From Eledone cirrhosa (lineage: Eukaryota), in assembly GCA_964016885.1 (NCBI GenBank), contig OZ024742.1, forward strand, positions 67,394,001-67,458,000: 64,000 nucleotides of DNA, given 5' to 3'. A program made the position numbers and the translations under genes. Below the pieces are notes generated by a model that searched no databases, was not told the DNA's origin, and saw nothing but the letters and a program-made list of their open reading frames with translations. This document shows, in pieces, positions 55,358 to 64,000 of this stretch. Position 1 is the first letter of the stretch, and the number at the start of each line of letters is the position of its first letter.

Positions 55358-58300
55358 ATGACCCTCCCCAAATATAACAATATCTGTTTCGACACACGAT
55401 TTCATATAAAAAACCTCGCAAAACTAATTCATCGCCGCTATGGCATTAGCTTGTGCCAAGCTGAAAGGTTATTGAAAGACACTGTTTTCTGTTATATAAA
55501 AACTACAATAACAACAGAACAAATCCGCTTCTTAAAACACTGTGTTTCCTCCAAAACATACACAACAAACATATCAAAACAAGTAAATAATTTATTATTG
55601 AACAAAACACAAGCTGAACGGCTAAAACACACAATAACAGTTAATATGAAAAGAACAACATACACAAAAGTCAACGCACTCTACAGACAAAAACGCATCA
55701 ACGGTAAGGAAATTTCGAAATCTCATCACAGCAAACGAGAGAGATGACTTCATGAGCGTCATCCGACGCGAAACGAAATATGCTCAAAACGAATGCTGTA
55801 GGCATTTCAAGAAGAAATTAGAATGGATGAATAAGAAAAAACTACAAGAAAGGAAAATCGAATATTCTCAAAAATACCCAGATAACATCGACAACATCCG
55901 TATGAGTGATGTAAAACTACCGGAAGAATTTACCAATGACCACACAGTAAATATCTATGGGAACACTTTAATCAGTGAACAAGAACAACAAATCCTAAAG
56001 TTACCACCAAAATTTGCCATCTACAAAAAGATTAACCCTATGGAATGCAAAACGGAGCTGGAAAAGTGTTTCACAAAAATACGTTCGAATGCAAAGGTAA
56101 ACAACAACAACAATAATAACGGTAGTAGTAATATAAACAATAACTCTGGGTATAGAAATAACAGCCATAACCATAACAATGGCAGGAAAGTGAGAAATAG
56201 TGATAATGGCAATAATACTAGCGATAGACAGAACAACAACAACCACAATAATAATAATAATAGAAACGTTAACCACAGACACAGCAACAGTGACCACAGT
56301 AGTAATAACGGTAACAATACGAACAACAACAACAACAATAACCACAGTGGTAATAATGGAAATAGTACATGTAGCAACATCAACAAAAACAAGAAACATA
56401 ATAATAGTAACAACCACAATGGTAGAAATAGCAGTAACAACAACAACAATAACGGTGAAGTAAACAACAATACATCTAGCAATCATAACAATAATAATAT
56501 TAATGCTAATGATAGAAACAACAACAACCACCATGATAACAATAATAGCAACACACACAACTATGACGATAGAAATAACGACAACCCCTTAGAGAAACTA
56601 TTTTTCAACCCAGCTGACAAAACATATAAGATGGGTAATATCTATCCTACGAGGTTATCCTTTAATAATAGAGATTGCATACCACAGCAAATAGATGACG
56701 AGACGGAGGCACAGTTCACCATAGCTAGAAATAAGATTAGACAAGTAGTAGACAGGTACACTATGAGACAGAGCAGACCAGAGGCCCAACAACTTGGGAT
56801 AAAACCTGTAGAAGGCTTGGTTAGCCTCAAGCAGCGCACAAGGGATGGTGAGGTAGTGTGTCTACCCACAGATAAGTCTGGTAGGATGTCAATAGATAGC
56901 ATGCCGAACTACATCGAGGCAATGCAACCCCACATCACCAACACGAGCGAAGTTGCACAACTAACACATGATGGGAGAGAAAAAATCCTCAACGCTCACA
57001 TGATGATGTGGACTGACATCCTAAAGCCAAGCAGACGCACTGCCAACAACTTCCAGGCGTCTAACAATGGCATACCACCCTTGTATGGGCTCCGCAAAGA
57101 CCACAAGACAGTCGACGACCCGACAACAGGACCACCAACAAGACCTGTATGCGGAGCTAATATAGCTAGCAACTACAGGATCTCCTACTTCCTCTCAGTG
57201 GTTATACGCCCCATAATCAAGATGTCCCCAGATGTATGTGAAAGTACAGAGGACCTCCTCAGCAGAATCAGTGAGTGCAACAAAAACAGGGGCCTATCCA
57301 ACTGCATAATAGGCAGCATGGATGTGGTGTCACTGTACCCATCCATTAACATTCATTTTGCTGTGAAAAGATGTGTGGAGATGATCATTGAGAGTGAGGT
57401 GGAGTTCTGCGACGTCGACACAGACGAACTGGGCCTCCTACGACACTGACTACCTAGACAGCCATGACCTTAGATGTTTCTGCCCTAGTAGACCTATAAG
57501 AGGTAGACCCCCACCATAACCTCAATGGCTAAAAAGACTCCCATAGGAAGGTGGATTGGGTGGACCAAAGCTATACGGACCCCCCAAAACACTGATCAGG
57601 TAAGAAAAATGGTCGCACATGCAATAGGGGCTAGTATCAAAACTACCCTAAAGGGCCACATATTTAAGTTCAATGAGAAAATCTACACCCAAAATGAAGG
57701 AGCAGCCATCGGCGTCAGCATAGCTGGTGATGTTGCCAACCTTTTCATGGTATGGTGGGAAAGGAGACTTAAAGATCTCCTTAATGAAAGCTCCATAGAC
57801 CTCATCATGTACTCTCGTTATGTAGACGATATCAATATAGTTATAAGAACACCCCCACTAGAGAGCACTAACAAGTTTGATTTAGAACGTAGCACGATGG
57901 AAAGCATCCAGCAGATAGCTAATTCCATACACCAGAGTATAACTGTAACTATAGACTTCCCTTCCAAACACCCTAACAATAGACTACCTGTATTAGACAC
58001 AGAACTCTGGATTAACACTATAGACGAGAGAGCCCAAATTCTCCACTCACACTATGCTAAACCCATGGCCTCCAAATACCTGATACTCAAAAACTCAGCA
58101 ATGTCCAGTAGTGCTAAGTTTAATATTCTGATCGCAGAATTGGTACGAGTGATGAAGAATGTGTCCAGCATGTGCGACCCAACAGAAATGGAAGGACACA
58201 TCCAACACTTCATCAACCGCATGCAGTTCTCTGGCTACAACCAAAGAGACAGAGTCAGAGTATACGAAGGAGCCATGGAAAAGTATAAGACCCTCATAGA

Positions 58301-58920
58301 ACTGGACATGAAAGGAATTTGCCCACTATACAGGAGCAAATCATGGAATAGCTTAGATAGGGCTAGACATAAGATAGGGAAGGCCACATCATGGTACGAC
58401 AACCAGAGATATCAGAGTGTCATGTTTGTGGACGCCACCCCTGGAGGGAAATTAGCTAACCAGTGTAGAAAGGCCCTGAGAAAGACCCACTTAAAAATAA
58501 AGGTGGTAGAAAAGCCAGGAACCACCATAAAATCCCTGATCAGCAAAACCTACCCTTTTAAGAAAACCCACTGTACCAATAGGAAATGTATCATATGTAA
58601 GGTGAACCCCCGGATAAACTGTAAAACTAGAAACGTAGTCTATAGCATAAGATGTACAGAGGGTACTTGCAGAAACATGACAACAACATACATAGGTGAG
58701 ACAGCTCGTAGCATAGGTGAAAGGATAGACCAACACTGGGGGGAACTAAAAGGACGAAAAAACGGGTCAGTACTATAGGAACATGCTAGACAACAACATG
58801 ACGGTAACATAGACAACATAGAAATTAGAATAATATCTAAACATAGGAATGACCCAGCAGAGAGGCCAGTGAAATAGAAATTAGAAGACCAAAGCTAAAC
58901 AGAAAGAATGAGTGGAACAA
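55358..58920 (+). pseudogene. PLE polyprotein (N-terminal domain, Asn-rich insert, RT, thumb, Cys linker, GIY-YIG endonuclease), frameshifted
   Basis: ORF pieces 55358-55747, 55752-57449 and 57525-58778 carry PTDKSGR, PPLYGLRKDHK, RPVCG, SMDVVSLYPSI, GAAIG..ANLFM, RYVDDI, LPVLDTELW, CxxxxCxxC and NVVYSIRC..C..YIGETARS...RIDQH. Frameshifts near 55745 and 57440-57515; TAG at 58776. Confidence 0.92.
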
Positions 58921-59232
58921 CAACAACACCCAAACAAACAACACTGACCTAAGAGAAGTATAAATAAGTAAATAAAATAAAATAAAATAAGATAAATAAA
59001 TACATACACAAGCACATAAACACACACTAGTCACCCAGCAGACACAACACTATAGACACTAGTCACACATCACACATAACACTATACACACACGCAAACG
59101 CATGCGCAAAGAAGACAAAATAAAATAAGATAAACAAACAAGCAAATAAATAAATAAATAAATATATAGACAGACTGAACAAAAAAAAAATGGCGTAGAC
59201 ATACAACACAACAGGAGGAACAATGAATATAA

Positions 59233-59275
59233 CACCACTGACGATGTTGCAGATGTGCAACGAAAGATTTATGTA
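59233..59275 (+). ncRNA. Hammerhead ribozyme in the 3' UTR of the long PLE
   Basis: CA-CUGACGA-U-GUUGCA gaug UGCAAC-GAAA-GAUU-UA-UG; stem I weak. Confidence 0.72.
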
Positions 59276-59487
59276 AATTATGTAAACTATATATATGTGT
59301 TTGTGTCTATATTGTATCTGTATTATTTTTGACCGCCGGTCAGTCAATGGCAACATTGAGGACCGAGTAAGTTAGATCGCAGATATATATATATAAAAGA
59401 CAGCGAGAAGCGAAAACCAACCAAACAGTGAGTGTGTTCTGTTATTAATTCTGGCAATATTACGCAAATATGACCCTCCCCAAATAT

Positions 59488-59543
<56 letters not shown>

Positions 59544-59806
59544 TTATGTCTATATATATATATATGTATATATGTATATATATGTATATATATGTCTACA
59601 TATATATGTATATATATGTATATATACATATATATATATATGTATGTATATATATATATGTATATATATATATATGTATATATGTATTTATGTATATATA
59701 TATGTATATATGTATTTATGTATATATATATTTATATATATATACATGACCATATATATATACTTGACCAATCCTGGTGATTGTCTCTTTGACCATATAT
59801 GGAATT

Positions 59807-59896
59807 ACCCCTTGATAAGTTCGGCTATTTAAATACCAGAATAAACACTCAGTACAGAATTAGCCGTCGAAACGGCTTGAGCTCAGCCGTCGGGGT
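59807..59896 (+). ncRNA. Degenerate hammerhead ribozyme with extended stems II and III
   Basis: ACCCC-UUGAUAA-GUUCGGCUA..UAGCCGUC-GAAA-CGGCU ugagcuc AGCCG-UC-GGGGU. Confidence 0.68.
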
Positions 59897-59962
59897 CTTA
59901 CTTGTTCCTATATATACATATATATATATGTATATATACATATATATATACATATATATATA

Positions 59963-60013
<51 letters not shown>

Positions 60014-60032
60014 ATATATATATATATGTGTG

Positions 60033-60135
<103 letters not shown>

Positions 60136-60367
60136 TCGTATATATATACATAAATACATATCTTCGCTTCAAGTACTGGAGTGAAAAAATGCGCTGTGCC
60201 ATTCTATATATCGTATTTTGTACACAATATGTTTTATTCCTTATTGCCTCAAATTTATTTTTCGAGAAATGTGAATACAAAAATTGAATACATAACTATC
60301 TCCCTGCTCCGAAACTTTAAAAAAAATGAAATAAATAATACCTATCGTTATGTTTTATTTTGGTATT

Positions 60368-60680
60368 AATAATTGGTTCTACTTTTGGCACAAGGCCAGC
60401 AAATCACCAGTACATTACTGGTTCTTTATTTTATCGACCCTGTAAGGATGAAAGGCAAAGTTGACCTCGACGGGATTAAACTTTTGGTATTAATAATTGT
60501 TTCTACTTTAAGCACAAGGCCAGCAATTACACAGTGCATTACTGGTACTTTATTTTATCGACCCCGTAAGGATGAAAGGCAAAGTCAACCTCGGCGGGAT
60601 TTAAACTCAGATCGTAAAGGGACGTAACTATGCTGGAGAGCATGGCGTCCGACCCTCTACCGATACTGCCAATCCACCGA
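60368..60680 (-). mobile_element. Tandem pair of tRNA-SINEs (partial 60368-60482, full 60491-60680)
   Basis: Two family matches, each preceded by TTTTGGTATTAATAATTG. Confidence 0.88.
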
Positions 60681-61479
60681 ATAATGTTCCATAAACACTT
60701 TTTGAATATGATCATTATTAAAATTTATGAGTTTTTGCCATCTAAAATGTGCTGTGTATATCTTTCTGTTTTTATGTTGTTTGTTTTTGTTTTGTGTGAT
60801 TCAATCATTGCATTTCGCTTTAAATATCTGGAGAGCATCCGACTAAAATACCACATATAGCAGATGGCGATTTACTTATTCGTACATATTTTAAACATGG
60901 CATTTTTTTTCTGCTTGGATTATATTTCCCACTGGTTAACTTGCTGATATTGCTGGTGTTATTATGATGTTATATCATATATGCTTCGTTATAACTAGTT
61001 AAAAATTATAAGTGGTTCTGTCAAATGTAATTTATTCATTGTAAAGCCATGCTGTATTTGTTTATCTATGCATTGCTACGTTTGGCATAGGTGTATTCAA
61101 GGTTTAACATAATACCTTACATTTGAACTAGTATAACAGTTTTGTAAATCTTGCAATATCAAACTGATTGGTTCACCAGATTGGAAAAGAAAATTATCTT
61201 GGACAGAAAATAAATGTTATACTCTGTAGTAATTTAAATCCTGATGTAAAACTGTATGGATATTCTGCGACTCTCGAGCTCTTAATATTTATGTCTGATA
61301 ATTCTTTTAATGTTTAGTTACATAGTATTTAAGTTGATATAGATTATTTAAGTGCTGTTTTCATATACTGAAAAGAAAACATGTATTAGATAGGAGGTAT
61401 TTCTATCAAATATACACACAAACAAATACACTTACACATATACACTTTTTTTATATATATATATATAGATAGATATGTT

Positions 61480-64000
61480 TCTTTTATTTGCCACTAGGGC
61501 ATCAAAAGTGGGACAAGTACAAAGGGGGGAGTTTACACAAAAAGGCGTCCTCAATAAGGAGGAGGCAATAACAAAATATAAAAATAAAATAAGATATAAC
61601 AAAAAATAAAATGTTTAACAAAATCCTCAATAGAGAGGAGGCGCCTTGGGGGGTCGCACACACCCCCGAAAAAAGTGTGCAACCCTTTTCCTCAGGAGCA
61701 CAGAGAGGGGGTGCTCCCTCGTTCCTTCCTCTTTTCCACCTACAGGCTTATGTAAAAAGAAGGCCCATTCACACGGGCCATTCACGCCACTTTCACCCAC
61801 CTTTCATAAAAACGACTGGGGTGCAGCACCTCTCTCTCCATCCTGATCCTTCTTCCGAAATGATATCGGAAGAAACGGACCAGTTGTTGGCCAGAGAGAA
61901 AGGTGCCTGACCTCAGTCCTTTCAGACGCGTCCACCATACAACATCTTTCGCCATGGCTATTACGCACAGAAACACCGCCTCTGCTTCATCTTTGAAGGG
62001 GGGAGGCGGCTTGATCATTACAATAGACTCGGTGGTCAACCGGATCGGTCCCACCCTTGACAGCAGTTGTTCGACATAGCCCCACAGATCGGCTACGCCC
62101 GAGCAGTGTACCAATGCGTGTGCAACGGTTTCCTCGTCGCACACGCATCTGGGACAGATCTTTTTGGCGGGGTCCCTACCCGGGCGCCCGTGTCTGTAGA
62201 GCCTTTCTCGAACGGGTAAAGCCCCTCGGTAGCACTGCCAGGCCAGGGACTTCTGGAAGTTGTCCATAGGTCCCGGGCTGAATGTCCTACCGAACAGGCT
62301 GGCCAGTTCGTCCTCCTCCATGTCTAGGGCTTCTCCGAGGGTGTCGTCGCACCTGCTGCGTACCAGCCCTCTATAGAATGTTGCGGTGGAGTCTCCACTG
62401 ATAACCGGATCCGCCTGCCAGAGGGCGGTGAGCGCCTGGGCACACTCAGTGTGCCAGGCGCCCAGTTTTCTCGGTCTTTGCTTGACCCAGGATTGCAGCT
62501 CGGTGAGTGAGACGAGTCTGGGAAAGGTTCGTCTCACAAACGAGGCCCACACCGGTTGTCCGGTGAGGAATACGTAAAGGTGCCGTAGCCTTAATGCGTG
62601 TTTACGCATCATTAGCCACGGCATCCCCAGCCCTCCTTTCGAAGGGTGTTGACAGCAGATGGATCTCCTCACCATAGGAGCCCGCCTCTTCCAAAGGAAT
62701 TGGAAGAGCGCGCGCTCCATCTTGGTGAGGGTTTCCCTTGGGCAGGGCACTACGGTCAGGCGGTAGTAGATGACGGACGCTATGTAAGTGTTCGCCACCT
62801 CCGCCCGACCTTTCAGGGATAGTTTGCAACTGGCCCACTTCTGGGTCAGTGCAAACACCCTGTTCGTAACCTCCGCCCAGTTTTTCTCCACCTGGAGGTC
62901 CGGTCCGAACCAGACCCCGAGCAACTTCACCGGGCCCTCCGTCCAGCGTCCGACGACGCCATCGGAGGGCATCGGTCTGCCCCTCCACGTGCCGAGTTGC
63001 AAACCGATCGACTTGTCCCGGTTCAGCTTAGCCCCTGTGAACTTTTCGTACTCCTCCAGTAAGGTGCCGACCGCCTCGATTTCGGAGGCCGTCGACACCA
63101 TTACTGTCACATCATCGGCGTAGGCTGACACCGCTTTCCGCAATCCCGGTTCCAAAGGGATGCCCTGCAACAACTCCAACTTCCGCAGTAGTGGCTCGAG
63201 AGTCAACACATACAGAAGGGAGGAGAGAGGGCACCCTTGTCGGATGGACCGCGCGATTTTGAACGGCTCCGAGAGGTAGCCGTTCACCTTGACCCTAGAG
63301 CAGATGCGGCTGCTGTGCATAGCAGTGATCCAGCCCCTGAAAACGGGTCCGAAGCCTGCCGCCGCTAGCACCGCATCCAGGTAACCATGGTCGACCCTAT
63401 CGAACGCCTTAGATTGATCCAAGTTGATCAGAGCCCCACCAAAGCCGGGTTCGTTCCCAACCCTCTCTATGATGTATCGCATGAGGTGGAGGTTGTCATG
63501 GATGGACCTGGACGGGATAGCGCATGTCTGCGCATCTCCCACCAGGTTGCCCACGACAAGCGCCAACCTCTTTGCTAGCACCTTGGCCAAAATCTGTAAC
63601 TCTGTATTTAGCAGTGTTATGGGCCTGAAGTTACTTATTTCGTCCCCCTTGTTCTCGTCCTTCCTCACTAGCGTGACTACGCCCTTGGTCACAGTACAGG
63701 GAATTCTCCCGTTCTGTTGCCAGTTGCAGTCGACCGCCTCGAGGAGATCGGGGAACAAGTCCGGCATAGCTAGATATAATTCGTAAGGAAGACCATCGAG
63801 ACCCGGGGATTTGCGTTTGCCGCATTGGCTCAGCACGTCCTCTATCTCAGCGGCCGAAATCGGCTCCTCGCAGGACTTCGCCTCCCTGTCCGAGAGGCGC
63901 GGCAGGCCGTCGAGGTATGGACCGAAGTCCACGTTCCCAACCGGCTCCCCGCCCCTCCCGAACAGTCAGGCAAAGTGCCTTTGAAAGGCCTCACACATCT
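61480..64000 (-). mobile_element. L1/Tx1-clade LINE, 3' part (continues beyond the window)
   Basis: GC-rich block contrasting with flanks. 3' UTR ends with AATAAA (minus strand, ~61484-61489) next to a TA/TAGA tract. Confidence 0.9.
61782..63932 (-). CDS. LINE ORF2 reverse transcriptase with C-terminal zinc knuckle (5'-incomplete)
   Basis: Uninterrupted 716 aa with KSPGLDGLPYELY, NFRPITLLN, DQSKAFDRV, RQGCPLS, YADD, GGLGMP and CPRC..ETVAHALVHC. Confidence 0.93.
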   Translation of the reverse strand: MDFGPYLDGLPRLSDREAKSCEEPISAAEIEDVLSQCGKRKSPGLDGLPYELYLAMPDLFPDLLEAVDCNWQQNGRIPCTVTKGVVTLVRKDENKGDEISNFRPITLLNTELQILAKVLAKRLALVVGNLVGDAQTCAIPSRSIHDNLHLMRYIIERVGNEPGFGGALINLDQSKAFDRVDHGYLDAVLAAAGFGPVFRGWITAMHSSRICSRVKVNGYLSEPFKIARSIRQGCPLSSLLYVLTLEPLLRKLELLQGIPLEPGLRKAVSAYADDVTVMVSTASEIEAVGTLLEEYEKFTGAKLNRDKSIGLQLGTWRGRPMPSDGVVGRWTEGPVKLLGVWFGPDLQVEKNWAEVTNRVFALTQKWASCKLSLKGRAEVANTYIASVIYYRLTVVPCPRETLTKMERALFQFLWKRRAPMVRRSICCQHPSKGGLGMPWLMMRKHALRLRHLYVFLTGQPVWASFVRRTFPRLVSLTELQSWVKQRPRKLGAWHTECAQALTALWQADPVISGDSTATFYRGLVRSRCDDTLGEALDMEEDELASLFGRTFSPGPMDNFQKSLAWQCYRGALPVRERLYRHGRPGRDPAKKICPRCVCDEETVAHALVHCSGVADLWGYVEQLLSRVGPIRLTTESIVMIKPPPPFKDEAEAVFLCVIAMAKDVVWWTRLKGLRSGTFLSGQQLVRFFRYHFGRRIRMEREVLHPSRFYERWVKVA

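Noticed and set aside
56001-56558. Hydrophobic minus-strand ORFs resembling membrane proteins (also 35934-36377 on plus)
   Set aside because: They are antisense readings of AAC/AAT-rich tracts in retroelements.
57447-57525. In-frame TGA between two same-frame PLE ORFs, suggesting selenocysteine recoding as reported for some Naiad elements
   Set aside because: The same frame has further TGA and TAG stops. The plausible protein (LRCFCPSRPIRGRPP) lies in a shifted frame, indicating a deletion plus a compensating frameshift, and the linker cysteines use Cys codons.
62057-63825. Several overlapping short ORFs
   Set aside because: Alternative-frame or antisense shadows of the GC-rich LINE ORF2.

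Overview
AT-rich, microsatellite-saturated animal genomic DNA; the SINE families and repeat density suggest an octopod cephalopod (inference). Nearly all listed ORFs are translations of (TA)n/(CA)n/(GA)n/(TAG)n repeats. Real coding signal is transposon-derived: a near-full-length but frameshifted Penelope-like element (PLE; RT + GIY-YIG, Naiad-like) at ~54.9-59.5 kb, several PLE fragments, an intact-looking L1/Tx1 ORF2 running off the right end, a second L1/Tx1 5' half, a CR1-type 3' end, a mariner, a DD37D (maT) transposon, a non-autonomous Helitron and a dozen or more tRNA-SINEs. The main unannotated signal is about 20 type I hammerhead ribozyme (HHR) motifs from many unrelated sequence families. 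Most sit in short non-coding fold-back or tandem cassettes bounded by (TA)n, consistent with (TA)n-targeting PLE pseudo-LTRs or retrozyme-like elements. Three short minus-strand segments with good splice signals may be exons of a host gene. Coordinates were read by eye and may be off by a few bases.
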